A stretch of DNA of 64,000 nucleotides, from contig OZ243913.1 in NCBI GenBank assembly GCA_965213705.1, forward strand, positions 1,760,001 through 1,824,000, in the 5' to 3' direction. The position numbers and the translations under genes were made by a program. The notes under the pieces are model-generated. The model worked only from the letters and a program-made list of their open reading frames with translations. It searched no databases and was not told the origin of the DNA. Source of the stretch: Trueperaceae bacterium (GTDB lineage Bacteria > Deinococcota > Deinococci > Deinococcales > Trueperaceae). Each line of letters opens with the position of its first letter. The stretch's first letter is position 1. Below are positions 28,819-42,150 of this stretch, piece by piece.

Positions 28819-29544
28819 GTGAACCGCTTGCGCAGCGTAAAACCGGGTTGGTACGTGTTGCTGTTTTTCGTCCTGTACAGCCTCGTCGTCACCGTTGCGC
28901 TAACCCGCACCGAGCGGGCCAACCGCGCCCTGCGCACGCCGAACGAAAGGGCGGTAGACCCCGAACCCGCCAGGGTCGCGCCCGCAGGGCTGTGGTTCCC
29001 GGTGCCGGGCGCGTCCGTGCCGCAAAACCCGGCGTACTTACCGGGCGCGCCGCGCGTTTACCGGCGCGGCGTCAACCAAGGTTTCGACTTTTACGGCGAA
29101 GACGCGGGCGTTCCCATTTCCTACGGTACCCCGGTCGTTGCCGCGGCGGACGGCGTGGTGACGCGGGTCGACACGGACTACACCGAACTCGGCGCTGAGG
29201 CCTGGCAAACCCTTCTAAACGAGGTTTTCGAAAACGGAGCGGGCGAAGAACAACTCAACTTGTTGCGCGGTCGGCAGGTTTGGCTCCAAACCGAAGACGG
29301 CCTGAGTTTGCGTTACGGACACTTGTCGGGCGTGGCTCCGGGCTTGACGCCTGAAGAGCCCGTCTACCGCGGCCAAGTCATAGGTTTTGTCGGCAATTCG
29401 GGCACCGACGACGGCGTGGCCGGCTCTGTCCGCGGTGCGCGGCTGCACTTCGAAGTGTGGCAACCCGACGGTACTTTTTTAGGTCAAGAGTTGGACACGG
29501 AAACGCTGCGCAGTGCCGCCGCCGCGCTCTTTACGGGTCCCTGA
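28819..29544 (+). CDS. M23-family peptidase-like protein
   Basis: GTPVVAAADGVV, YGHL, GFVGNSG, LHFEVW; N-terminal TM. Confidence 0.85.
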   Translation: MNRLRSVKPGWYVLLFFVLYSLVVTVALTRTERANRALRTPNERAVDPEPARVAPAGLWFPVPGASVPQNPAYLPGAPRVYRRGVNQGFDFYGEDAGVPISYGTPVVAAADGVVTRVDTDYTELGAEAWQTLLNEVFENGAGEEQLNLLRGRQVWLQTEDGLSLRYGHLSGVAPGLTPEEPVYRGQVIGFVGNSGTDDGVAGSVRGARLHFEVWQPDGTFLGQELDTETLRSAAAALFTGP

Positions 29545-29545
29545 C

Positions 29546-30772
29546 GTGCCGAGCCCCGACGGCCCGACCGCTTTCGAAGTCGTGTGGCGCAACCCCTGGG
29601 TGCGTGCCCTAACCTACCTCGCACTCGCCGCCTTTGTGCTGTGGTTGTTGGTGCGCTACCAGTCCGGCTACGCCTTCGCGCTGCAAGTCGCCATCATCGG
29701 CTTCGTCATCGCCTACATCCTCAACCCGCTCGTGCTGCTGTTGGGGCGTGTCCGGATTCGGCGGGCGCTCGCGGTCGTCATCATTTACGTGCTGCTGCTG
29801 TTCGTGATTGTGCTCGGCTCGGTGCTGATTACGCAAGTGGTCACCGAACTTGGGCGGTTTATCACCCTTATTCCGACGGCGCTGACCAACATCGGTGACC
29901 TGACCGGCACCGTGTCCACCTGGGCGACCGGGCTGGTCGAGCGCCTGCCCGCCGTGTTGTCCGACCGGCTGGGTTTGGGCGGCTCGAGCGAGGCCATAAG
30001 CGTGCAGGTTCAAGAGCAGTTCGCCGAACTGGTCGCGGACACCACCGCCAGCATCACGGTGTTGTTGGAGAGGTTGGTGCGGGAGGGTCCGAGCCTGCTG
30101 CTCTCCGGCGGCACAACAATCGTCTCGACGACTTTGCAGGTGTTTTTGATTTTGCTGGCGAGCGCTTACTTTCTTTACGACTTTCCAAAGTTCACGGCGG
30201 CTTTTCGCCGTGCGGTGCCGGTGCGGTGGCGGCCCCTCTACGCCGACCTCATCGAAAAGGCGGACGCGGCGGTGGGCGGCTACCTGCGCGGGCAACTCCT
30301 CATCACCTCCGTTTTGGGCATTTTTATTTTTATCGGCCTGACTCTTATCCGCGTGCCGCTGGCCCCGGCCATCAGCTTCTTAGCGGCGCTGTTCAACATC
30401 GTGCCGTACCTGGGGCCTATCATCGGCGTGATTCCAGCGGTGCTGCTCGGCTTTACGGTCAGCCCGCTCACCGCGCTCCTGGCCGTCGTCGTGTTCGTGG
30501 TGGCGAACCAGTTGGAAGGCCACTTTTTGGCACCTTACATCTTGTCCAAAAGTACCGACCTGCACCCGGTCACGGTGCTCCTGGCGATTTTGGCGGGCGC
30601 GGGGCTGTTCGGCTTTTTGGGCGCGCTCTTGGCCGTGCCGACGGTCGCGCTCGTCAAGCTGGTTTTAGAAGAATACCTGTACCGGCGCTCCGCTTACCAC
30701 GAGGTTCCGGTCGCGCCGCCGACCGAAGAAGCGCTCGACACGCCGCTGTTGGCGCGGTCTGAAGGAGACTAG
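29546..30772 (+). CDS. AI-2E family transporter
   Basis: AYILNPLV, YLRGQ, VPYLGP, LHPV. Confidence 0.9.
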   Translation: MPSPDGPTAFEVVWRNPWVRALTYLALAAFVLWLLVRYQSGYAFALQVAIIGFVIAYILNPLVLLLGRVRIRRALAVVIIYVLLLFVIVLGSVLITQVVTELGRFITLIPTALTNIGDLTGTVSTWATGLVERLPAVLSDRLGLGGSSEAISVQVQEQFAELVADTTASITVLLERLVREGPSLLLSGGTTIVSTTLQVFLILLASAYFLYDFPKFTAAFRRAVPVRWRPLYADLIEKADAAVGGYLRGQLLITSVLGIFIFIGLTLIRVPLAPAISFLAALFNIVPYLGPIIGVIPAVLLGFTVSPLTALLAVVVFVVANQLEGHFLAPYILSKSTDLHPVTVLLAILAGAGLFGFLGALLAVPTVALVKLVLEEYLYRRSAYHEVPVAPPTEEALDTPLLARSEGD

Positions 30773-30834
30773 CGTAGCGCGACGGGTTTTCCTTTGCTAG
30801 CGGGCGCAGGGCGCAACGCGGTACAGTAAGCCAC

Positions 30835-33798
<2,964 letters not shown>

Positions 33799-33880
33799 TG
33801 AGGTGGTGTGTTGGGCTTGGCGTTCTTTTTTGACATTATAACGATAGCCAAACTGCTATCATATATGCTATCATCCTTGT

Positions 33881-34309
33881 GTGGGCAAACGTATCGTGCT
33901 AGACACCAACGTTCTCGTTAGCACAGTGTTGAGTCCACAAAGTTCCAATCGTGAGCTTCTGAGACGCTGCTTCAGGGGAAGCTACCAGCCCCTCATCAGC
34001 CACAAGCTTTTTCTCGAGTACGAAGACGTGTTTGCTAGAGACGAGCTGATGCAAAAGTCCCCCTTCAGTGCGCAGCAGCGTGAGCGCCTGTTAAACGATG
34101 TTTTGAGTGTGTCCTTATTTGTCCCGGTATATTACCTGTGGCGACCCAACAGCCCCGACGAAGGTGACAATCATCTTTTGGAGCTTGCCGTAGCAGGTAA
34201 TGCCGACAGCATCGTGACCTACAACGTCCGCGACCTAAAACGCGCCGAACTTCGCTTTCCCGTGTCTGTCCTCACGCCTGCCGGGCTACTGAAAGGAGAC
34301 CCACCATGA
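33881..34309 (+). CDS. PIN-domain toxin
   Basis: VLDTNVLVS, EYEDV, DEGDNHLLELAVAG, IVTYN.RD; TGCTATCAT direct repeat in the promoter. Confidence 0.92.
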   Translation: MGKRIVLDTNVLVSTVLSPQSSNRELLRRCFRGSYQPLISHKLFLEYEDVFARDELMQKSPFSAQQRERLLNDVLSVSLFVPVYYLWRPNSPDEGDNHLLELAVAGNADSIVTYNVRDLKRAELRFPVSVLTPAGLLKGDPP

Positions 34310-34554
34310 GCGTTCTTACCATCCGCGTACCCGAGGAGAAACACCAACGCCTCAAACAACTTGCCGAGGCCAAGCAAATGAGCCTCAACAAACTCTTCGA
34401 CGAGATGAGCACCCGGCTCTTGACTGAACACGACGTGACGCAGCGTTTCAAAGCGCGCGCCGCCCTCGGGTCTGCCGAAGACGGGCTGGCGCTGTTGGAC
34501 GAGTTCGAGCGCTACGACCGAGAGCACGGTTTGGGAAATGAAGAAAGCTACTGA
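34306..34554 (+). CDS. RHH/HicB-like antitoxin
   Basis: LTIRVPEEKHQRLKQLA...SLNKL; overlaps the PIN gene. Confidence 0.88.
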   Translation: MSVLTIRVPEEKHQRLKQLAEAKQMSLNKLFDEMSTRLLTEHDVTQRFKARAALGSAEDGLALLDEFERYDREHGLGNEESY

Positions 34555-34573
34555 GTCCGTAAGCGGCTTTATA

Positions 34574-34636
34574 GGCAGCAAGCCGCGCGACGTGCTGGTG
34601 GAGTTGGACGAGTTACCGAATATATTTGGGAAATAA
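34574..34636 (+). repeat. Orphan alternative ftsK 3' end, direct repeat copy 2
   Basis: Encodes [20 protein letters not shown] versus [20 protein letters not shown]. Confidence 0.9.
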
Positions 34637-34666
34637 TTCTTGATATACTTTGAGATAAGGAGATAT

Positions 34667-35838
34667 ATGCATACGAAAACATGTCTCTGGTTTATAACAA
34701 TGATGATTTCTGGAATCGCTTCAGCTGCTTGTCCTAATGTTCCAGTTCCTTATGAACCTTATAAAGTGGGAACATTTGAGCTAGCCATTGATGGCAATGT
34801 TATTACTTCTTGTGCTGCTTACAGTCTTCTTCTTGACCCCAAAACTTATCAAGAGGACATGAACGAAAGTCTTTTTTATCCCTTGGTTGAGAGCGTAGCG
34901 TCAGAACTCCAGGTTTCACCTGAGCAGGCTTCGCCTCTCTTTCTGGAGGCAAATGAAATCTCGGGTCCTATGGCATTGGACGACGTTTCGGCATTAAAAA
35001 TGTTTGGTGTTGATGAGGGTTACGTGGTAGCTATCAGTTTGCAGGTGGATAGACTCTATGACCTAGTTAGGATAGTCGGTATTTTGTTTCCAATACCTGG
35101 GCCCCCACAGACGGTCAGTCCTGTACCTGCACCTTTCAATCAGCCAGATGTAACCATACAGGAGCAGCAGCGATATGTTTGGGAAAACCTAGCCATAATA
35201 GTTGAAACCGTTGAAGATGGTAGTTACCTTGAAGAACAAGTTCGCGTTGTGGATGGTAACGGTTCAACCCTTGTCGAACTTGAGGATTATCGTATCACTG
35301 ATGTTTCTTTTCATGAGCTTGACGGTCAAGGTGCGAAGGAACTGGTGGTAAGTACATGGAGTGGCGGCAATCACTGTTGCTTTATGCAGTACATTTACAC
35401 TTCTGGCAATCCGATTCAAGAAATATATGCCCATGAAACGACCGCAACGTTCGAGGATTTAAATGGAGACGGAAAAGAAGAGTTGGTTCAAAGTGGAGTA
35501 GTGTACTTGGGAGACCTTCCCATGTGTTGCTACCCCAGCTACAACAGGGTAGACGGGTGGAACGGTGAAGAGTTTGTCGATCAAACAAACCTCTATCCAA
35601 TACTGGCTGAACGTAATATGGAGAAGAACCGCATGGACTTTCTCGATGCCAGTGCGAAGAACGATGAGATAAGCCAATACTCTGCTGAATTGGGTTTTAT
35701 GCCAACGCGTTAATCCTTAACCAAGGTCAACAGGCTTGGGAATGGCTCGAGCAAAACGCATCCAGTGATGTTTTAGCGTGGTTAATTCCACTCAGGTCAG
35801 ACGTTGACAAAAGATTTGAAAAATTTGTCAGCGATTGA
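34667..35838 (+). pseudogene. AT-rich secreted hypothetical protein, frameshifted near the 3' end
   Basis: AGGAG-ATG at 34667, signal peptide, SGGNHCC, FEDLNGDGKEE. One extra T at about 35695 would restore LGFYANALILNQGQQAWEWLEQ... to TGA at 35838. Confidence 0.6.
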
Positions 35839-35849
35839 CTTTGGCTTGG

Positions 35850-36641
35850 TCAATAAGGCGCTGGCGTATCTAACTCCTCAGCACTATCCTTAAACCCGTC
35901 CACAACCTCCTGCGCCGCCCCGACCAAAAAGCCCAAGTCCGACTGCACCGTGACGAACTGAAACCCTTTGTCTATCATCTTTTGAGAATAGGCGACCGAG
36001 GCGTTGTGCAGCCCGGCCTTGACGCCGTGGCGCTTGGCGGCTTCTATAATGGTGTCCAGCGCCTCCGGCACCGGCCCATCCGCAAAGTCCGCGCCCGGCG
36101 GCCCGCCGAGCGACTGGCTCAGGTCGGCCGGCCCGACGTAGATGGCGTCCAAACCCGGCACGCTCAGGATGTCGTCCAAGTTCTTCATGGCTTCCGCCGT
36201 TTCAATCATGGCGAAGGTCAGCACGGTCGCGTTGGCGTTCGGCGCGTAGTCCTTCCCGGCGTACAAGGTGGCCCTGGTCGGCCCGAAGCTACGGTAACCC
36301 TGCGGCGGGTAGCGGCAGGCTTGCACGAACGCCTCGCACTCGGCGCGGCTGTTGACCATCGGACAGATGATGCCGTAACAGCCCGCGTCGAGCATTTTCA
36401 TGATGATGCCGGCTTCGTTCCAGGGAACGCGCGCTAAGGGCGTGGTGTCGGTCGTGGAGATGGCCTGGAGCATCGGCAGCGCGGCGTCGTAGTGCAGGGG
36501 GCCGTGCTGCAGGTCGAGGGTGAGGCTGTCGAAGCCCTGGTGCGCCAGCGCCTCGGCTGCGACCGACGAGGGGATGTGCAGCCAGCCGTTGACGGCAGCT
36601 TGACCGTTCTCGAGCTTCGTTCTCAGCTTGTTTTCGCGCAC
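35850..36641 (-). CDS. HpcH/HpaI aldolase family protein
   Basis: DLQHG, ARVPWN, YPPQGYRSFG, MIETAEA, YVGPADL. Confidence 0.92.
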   Translation of the reverse strand: MRENKLRTKLENGQAAVNGWLHIPSSVAAEALAHQGFDSLTLDLQHGPLHYDAALPMLQAISTTDTTPLARVPWNEAGIIMKMLDAGCYGIICPMVNSRAECEAFVQACRYPPQGYRSFGPTRATLYAGKDYAPNANATVLTFAMIETAEAMKNLDDILSVPGLDAIYVGPADLSQSLGGPPGADFADGPVPEALDTIIEAAKRHGVKAGLHNASVAYSQKMIDKGFQFVTVQSDLGFLVGAAQEVVDGFKDSAEELDTPAPY

Positions 36642-36651
36642 GGTGCCTCCC

Positions 36652-37335
36652 TTAATTTGTCAACCAGTATCTCATGACGGCCGTGACCGCTTGGGGTTGC
36701 TCGAGCATACTATAGTGCCCGCTGTCCTCAATCGGCACCAGCGCCGCGTTCGGGATGAGGCGGGCCATTTCCTCGTGGAGTTCGAGCGGTGTCACCCTGT
36801 CTTGTCGCCCGACGAGGAGCAGGGTGGGGCAGGCGATAGAAGGCAAATGCGGGCGGCTGTCGACGCGGCTGGCGAGCATGTCGAGCTGAGTGACGAAGGT
36901 GTCGACGCCCGTCTCGAGGGCCATCTGCTCGAGCACCACCCGCAAACTCGGGTCGGCCTGGGGGTGCAGGCCGTTCGTGAACCCCTCGACAATGGTTTTG
37001 AACCCGCCCGCTCGAGCCTCCTGTTGCCAACGCGCCCAGGTGTCCAACTGCGCCGCGGTGCTGCCGCCGGGGTTGGCGTCCAGCAGGGCGAGTTTGACGA
37101 CGCGTTTCGGGGCCTGACGCACTATCTCGAGGGCGACGATGGCCCCTTGCGAAAACCCGGCCAGGGCGAAGGTTTCCGGCGCTTGCGCCAGCACCCAGGC
37201 GGCGCAGGCTGCAACCGTCTCACCCACGCTGAGCGGCAACACGAACATGTCGGCAAAGTCGGCAAGGTGCGTGGTTTGATGGTCGAACACTGCCGCGGTG
37301 CAGAGCGTGCCGGGAAGAAGGACGAGGGGCGTCAC
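36652..37335 (-). CDS. Alpha/beta hydrolase
   Basis: LLPGTLC, GFSQG nucleophile elbow, GRQD, SGH. Confidence 0.88.
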   Translation of the reverse strand: MTPLVLLPGTLCTAAVFDHQTTHLADFADMFVLPLSVGETVAACAAWVLAQAPETFALAGFSQGAIVALEIVRQAPKRVVKLALLDANPGGSTAAQLDTWARWQQEARAGGFKTIVEGFTNGLHPQADPSLRVVLEQMALETGVDTFVTQLDMLASRVDSRPHLPSIACPTLLLVGRQDRVTPLELHEEMARLIPNAALVPIEDSGHYSMLEQPQAVTAVMRYWLTN

Positions 37336-38756
37336 GCGCCGACCTTTTGGTACGCTTCGAAAAGTGCGGCCTCGCCGCCGACGTTGCCCGGAAAGACGAC
37401 GTAGGGCAGGCCGGGGTAACGCGTTTCCTCGCCCAAGCGCCACACGGGCACGCCGGGCAGCAGCTGCCCCAGCACCAGCGCGCGCCGCATCCCCAGCGCT
37501 TTCGTGGCGACGTCGCTGCTGGTAATGCCGCCCTTGGCGATGATGAAGCGCGGCGCGTCGTCGAGCCCTTTTACAAGCGCCACAAGACCCGCCGACACGC
37601 GCCGGTTGACGTCCAGATGAACGTCCAGGCTTCCCGCGGCCTCGTCGGCGTTCCCGGCGACGAGGCCGCGGCTGGTGTAAAGGACCACGTCTCCCTCACG
37701 CAACCGCTCGTTTAAGACCGCGCGAACGCGCTCGAGTTCAGCCTCACGCGCCTCCAACAAGTTTTCAACCCTGAGTTCGACCGCTGCCACGTCGCTGTGC
37801 CGGGTCAAGTAAGCGAGTTGCGCGCTGCTTTGGGGCACGTACGAGCCGACGACGACGAGGCCGCCGCGAAGGCCGCCCGTTCCCTTCCGCGCGTTGAAGT
37901 CGCGCTTTGTTAGCAGCGGCCGCTCCGAAATGCCCGCCCGCAGGGGCACAAACGAGGCGGCGGTGCGGTAGAGAAAGCGTTTGCCCGCGGCCTCCGCGGT
38001 CATCAAAGCCAGCGTTACGACCTCGAGGTCGCGTTTACAGAGCGCGTTGACGACGCACACCGCGTCCGCCGGGAGCGACAGCACCTGTTTCAGCACCTCT
38101 TCCGGCCCGGACCTGACGAGGTTCAAAGAGAGCGAGGCGACCTCACCCGCCCGGCGACGCCCCGCGGTTTTTTCCTCGACCCAGGCTTTGAGGTCGGCGT
38201 GCCGGTAGCCGAAGCTCGCGTCTCGCGCGAAGGGCGTCTCGGCGGCGGGGATGAGGGTATCACCCTCGAGGACGTAGTGAACGTCCGCCGCCGTGTAGCG
38301 CCCGCCCTCGAAAAAGGCGGGGATGAGAAAGGTGGCGTCGAAGCCGCCGAAGGTTTCCGCCAGGGCGTCCGTCTCGGCGGGGTAGTGGCCGCGCAGCGTC
38401 GAGTCGCTCCGGCTGACGAGGGTGAAGCGCGTGCCGCTGCGTTCGCCCGCCTCGAGCAGGGCGGAGCCGATGTCACGGTTCAAGGCTCCGGCTTCCTCCG
38501 CGGTCACGCTGCGGCTGTTGGTCAGGATGTAAAACGCTGGGTGGGCGCTCCCGAACTCGCGCACCAGGCTCTGAGCGGTCCACTCGCTCAGCACCGGAAC
38601 GCCGTGGACGCTCTGGGTACCGGTCGGGTCGTCGTCCAGCACGACGACCTTGCTACCAGCGAGCGCGACCCTGACCTGCTCGAGCGCCGTGTCCAAGGGG
38701 TGCGGCCAGGGCGGCGGCAGGGCGGCGTTGAGTGTGGTCAGGGTCTGGTTCGGCAC
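37332..38756 (-). CDS. Four-carbon acid sugar kinase family (DUF1537)
   Basis: LDDDPTG, RSDSTLRGH, VGSYV, AKGGITSSD, FPGNVG. Confidence 0.92.
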   Translation of the reverse strand: MPNQTLTTLNAALPPPWPHPLDTALEQVRVALAGSKVVVLDDDPTGTQSVHGVPVLSEWTAQSLVREFGSAHPAFYILTNSRSVTAEEAGALNRDIGSALLEAGERSGTRFTLVSRSDSTLRGHYPAETDALAETFGGFDATFLIPAFFEGGRYTAADVHYVLEGDTLIPAAETPFARDASFGYRHADLKAWVEEKTAGRRRAGEVASLSLNLVRSGPEEVLKQVLSLPADAVCVVNALCKRDLEVVTLALMTAEAAGKRFLYRTAASFVPLRAGISERPLLTKRDFNARKGTGGLRGGLVVVGSYVPQSSAQLAYLTRHSDVAAVELRVENLLEAREAELERVRAVLNERLREGDVVLYTSRGLVAGNADEAAGSLDVHLDVNRRVSAGLVALVKGLDDAPRFIIAKGGITSSDVATKALGMRRALVLGQLLPGVPVWRLGEETRYPGLPYVVFPGNVGGEAALFEAYQKVGA

Positions 38757-38798
38757 GGCTCGAGTTTCAGGTACACAGCTCTCGAGGTTGGTCGGCGT

Positions 38799-39452
38799 TC
38801 ACTCGTGGCTGCCGATGCGCTTCAAGATGTCCTGGCCCAGGGCGTCGAACCCGTCCGGCACCTTGACCATTTTGCCGGTTGCGTCCGCCTCGTAACCCAT
38901 GCGTTCGGCGGCGCTGACGACGTAAGGTGCCCAGTAGGGGTCTTTGCCCTTGAAGACTTCGTGCGGCTCGAGCACCGCGAACAGCCAGGCCGTGCCCTCT
39001 TGCCCCGGCAGCACCTCGAAACCGCGCCACAGTTTGGGCGGCAGGCTGATGAGGTCCCACTTTTCCAAATTTGTCTCGCCCGTGACCGTGTCCTCGCTGT
39101 CGCCCCAATAAAAGCGCCACTTGTGCTCGGTCAGCGGCACGAAGCATTCGATGTAGTCGTGCGTGTGGTAGGCGGGGCCGTTGCCGGGCTCGGCCTTGAC
39201 CATGCCGATTTGAAAGCCGTGCGGCGTGGTAATCATCGGTTCGAAGTTCGGGTTTTCGCTCGCGGTGTCGCCGATGACCGCGTAGTTGAGGCGCTGGTGA
39301 TGCTCCAAGGGACTGTCGATGAACATGAGGGGGATGGGCTGCTGCAACAGAGCCTGAAAACGGCTGATGCGCCCCTCCATCGCGCCCAGACCGCTGTCGT
39401 CGCCTCGTTGTTCACGTGGGTCGGTCATGTCTGACTCGATTATGTCTGCCAT
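38799..39452 (-). CDS. Cupin-domain protein
   Basis: GNGPAYHTHDYIECF; WDLISLPPKLWRGF. Confidence 0.85.
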   Translation of the reverse strand: MADIIESDMTDPREQRGDDSGLGAMEGRISRFQALLQQPIPLMFIDSPLEHHQRLNYAVIGDTASENPNFEPMITTPHGFQIGMVKAEPGNGPAYHTHDYIECFVPLTEHKWRFYWGDSEDTVTGETNLEKWDLISLPPKLWRGFEVLPGQEGTAWLFAVLEPHEVFKGKDPYWAPYVVSAAERMGYEADATGKMVKVPDGFDALGQDILKRIGSHE

Positions 39453-39720
39453 CGTTGCTCCTCTCGAGGCTGTCCATTGAACGCTTCCGGCCCTGACTTT
39501 GGGGATGACCGGGCCAAATGTGCTCGCACGAGTTTAACGCATCCACCGCCGAGCGTGCGGACCAGGTGCAGGGATTGACGGCTCTATCGCGCCCATAGTA
39601 CGGTGTTTTCCCAAGGTACTGCACAACCCGCAACGCTCGACGGGGTTTTTGCCCGGCCCCTTCAGGGCGAGACGAAGCTCCCACCGACCCCGACTTTATA
39701 CCCCCGAAACGGAGAAACGC

Positions 39721-40839
39721 ATGGCGAAAACGGCCGAAACGGACGCCTCTCCCCAAGACGTCGTGGCGAACCGCAAACCTGTTACCGACGTCCCCGGCAC
39801 CGACGTCAGCGTCTTGATGAACCCTGGTGGTGAAAAACGCCAGAGCATGACGGGGTTCGACGAAGACTACGTCGACATCGTCGACTACATCGTCCGCTGT
39901 ACGCACAAAATCTGGGAGGAGCGCGGGCTCGGCCTCATCTACAGCCATTACCAGCACAACGTCCTCATCCACACCTCGGACGGGCAGACGATGGAGCGCG
40001 ACAAGGTCATCGCGGACAGCGCCAAGACGATGGCGGCGTTTCCGAACATCCGACTCTATGCCGACGACGTGATTTGGTCGGGCGACGCCGAGCGCGGTTT
40101 TCACTCGTCGCACCGCATCACCTGGACCGGGCGCAACACGGGTTACAGCATCTACGGCCCGCCGACCGGGCGCAAGGTGGTGCGCCAGGGCATCGCCCAC
40201 TGCTTTGTGAAAAACAACCGCGTGGTCGAGGAGTGGATTTGCCGGGACGAGTTGGCGCTGGTGCAGCAGCTCGGCCTCGAGCCCGTCGCCCTCGCTAAAA
40301 AGATGGCCCTGCGGGACGCCCTCAGCGGTGGCCGCCCGCCCGTTTGGGCGACCGGCGAGGTCGAACGCTTGCGCGGGCAGGTCCAGCCCGAGCGCCTACC
40401 CGATGTAGATGCAGACAATCCTGAGTTGTTCATCAAAACGATGCTCCACAACGTCTGGAACCGCCGCATGATTGGCGATACAGACCGCTACTACGCGCCG
40501 CACCTCTACGCGCGCACGCCCGGCCACCGGATGAGCTACGGTTTGGGTGACTACAAGGCGTTCGTCGTCGGGCTTATCGCGGCTTTCCCAGACCTGGCGC
40601 TCGTCGTCGACCACCAGTGCCACGTTGAAGATGCCAGCGGCCACCGCGTGGCGACGCGCTGGTTTTTGAACGGCACCCACGACGGCCCCGGCCCTTACGG
40701 CGAGCCGAGCGGCAAGCCCGTCACCGCCTGGGGCATCTCGCACCACGAAATCCGCGACGGCAAGATTGAACGCGAGTGGCTGATTTTTGACGTGTTCGCG
40801 CTTCTCAAGCAAATCTACTGGCCCGCGGGCGAGGCGTAG
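39721..40839 (+). CDS. Tandem SnoaL-like (ester cyclase/NTF2) protein
   Basis: Two AAFP(N/D)...G.H/N.G...YG.P(T/S)G(R/K)...EW repeats. Confidence 0.85.
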   Translation: MAKTAETDASPQDVVANRKPVTDVPGTDVSVLMNPGGEKRQSMTGFDEDYVDIVDYIVRCTHKIWEERGLGLIYSHYQHNVLIHTSDGQTMERDKVIADSAKTMAAFPNIRLYADDVIWSGDAERGFHSSHRITWTGRNTGYSIYGPPTGRKVVRQGIAHCFVKNNRVVEEWICRDELALVQQLGLEPVALAKKMALRDALSGGRPPVWATGEVERLRGQVQPERLPDVDADNPELFIKTMLHNVWNRRMIGDTDRYYAPHLYARTPGHRMSYGLGDYKAFVVGLIAAFPDLALVVDHQCHVEDASGHRVATRWFLNGTHDGPGPYGEPSGKPVTAWGISHHEIRDGKIEREWLIFDVFALLKQIYWPAGEA

Positions 40840-41973
40840 ATGTACGACGTCATCGTCCTCGGTGTGGGTGGGATGGGCAGCGCGACGGTGTACGAACTCG
40901 CCAAGCGCGGAAAAAAAGTGCTCGGGCTGGAGCGTTTCGACATCCCGCACGAACTGGGCTCGTCCCACGGCACGACGCGCATCATCCGGCTCGCCTACTA
41001 CGAGGACGGCGCGTACGTGCCCCTCTTGCGCCGGGCGTACGAGCTGTGGCGGGAGTTGGAAGAGGTTACGGGCGAACGGGTTTTGCACGTCACGGGGTCT
41101 ATCGACGCCGGCCCCGAAGACGACTGGGTATTTAAGGGCTCGCTCGAGTCTTGTGCCCAGCACGGCATTCCCCACGAGGTTTTGGACGCTAGCGCCCTCC
41201 ACGAACGCTTCCCCGGCTACGAGTTGCCCGACGGACACTTCGCGCTGTTACAAGAAGAGGGCGGCTTTTTGACGCCGGAGCGGTGCATCGTCAACTTTGT
41301 CAGTGCAGCGCAAGCGTTAGGCGCGGAGGTGCGGGCGCGGGAGCGGGTGCTCGAGTGGCGCGAAACCCCTCACGGCGTCACCGTGCGCACCGAGCGCGGC
41401 ACCTTCGAAGCTGCCGAACTCGTCATCACGGCGGGCGCGTGGGCGGCGCAGCAGGTGCCTGGTCTGGGCGGCAACGCGCAGGCCGAGCGGCAAGTGCTGA
41501 GTTGGTTTCAACCCCACAAACCTCAGCTGTTTACGCCCGACCGTTTTCCGGTTTTCAACTTAGCCGTAGACGAGGGACGCTACTACGGCTTTCCGGTTTA
41601 CGGAATTCCCGGTTTCAAAATCGGGCTCTATCACCACCTGCACGAAACGGTCGACCCCGACCGGCTCGAGCGGGACGTTCACCCCCAGGACGAGGCGGTA
41701 CTGCGCGAGTGCGTGGCCCGCTATTTCCCCGCGGCGAACGGCCCCACGATGACGCTGAAAACCTGCCTGTTCACCAACTCCCCCGACGAGCACTTCATCA
41801 TCGGGCGACACCCGGATTTCGCGCACGTGAGCTTCGCGGCGGGGTTCTCGGGCCACGGCTTCAAGTTTTGCAGCGTGGTGGGCGAGGTGCTGGCCGATTT
41901 AGCCGTGCAGGGAGCGACGCGTCACCCTATAAAGCTGTTCAACCCACAGCGTTACTTGGCCGCGGTTCGTTGA
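40840..41973 (+). CDS. solA: N-methyl-L-tryptophan/sarcosine oxidase family flavoprotein
   Basis: GVGGMGS, GSSHG.TRIIR, TCLFTNSPDEHF, GFSGHGFKF. Confidence 0.88.
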   Translation: MYDVIVLGVGGMGSATVYELAKRGKKVLGLERFDIPHELGSSHGTTRIIRLAYYEDGAYVPLLRRAYELWRELEEVTGERVLHVTGSIDAGPEDDWVFKGSLESCAQHGIPHEVLDASALHERFPGYELPDGHFALLQEEGGFLTPERCIVNFVSAAQALGAEVRARERVLEWRETPHGVTVRTERGTFEAAELVITAGAWAAQQVPGLGGNAQAERQVLSWFQPHKPQLFTPDRFPVFNLAVDEGRYYGFPVYGIPGFKIGLYHHLHETVDPDRLERDVHPQDEAVLRECVARYFPAANGPTMTLKTCLFTNSPDEHFIIGRHPDFAHVSFAAGFSGHGFKFCSVVGEVLADLAVQGATRHPIKLFNPQRYLAAVR

Positions 41974-42009
41974 AACAGGGCGACCACAAAGTCAGCTTGC
42001 ACTGTAGGT

Positions 42010-42107
42010 TGTCGTTGCGAGCGAATGCGAAGCAATCCTGATGTTTGAAGTGCGCTGGCAGTGAAGCGTGAGGTTGCTTCGTCCGCTTACGCTCCCTCGC
42101 AATGACA
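42010..42107. repeat. Palindromic intergenic element
   Basis: TGTCGTTGCGAG..GAAGCAATC ... GGTTGCTTC..CTCGCAATGACA nested inverted repeats. Confidence 0.75.
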
Positions 42108-42150
42108 AGTGTGGATGAAGGCTGACTCTGCTATAACCCATTCGTTAAGC

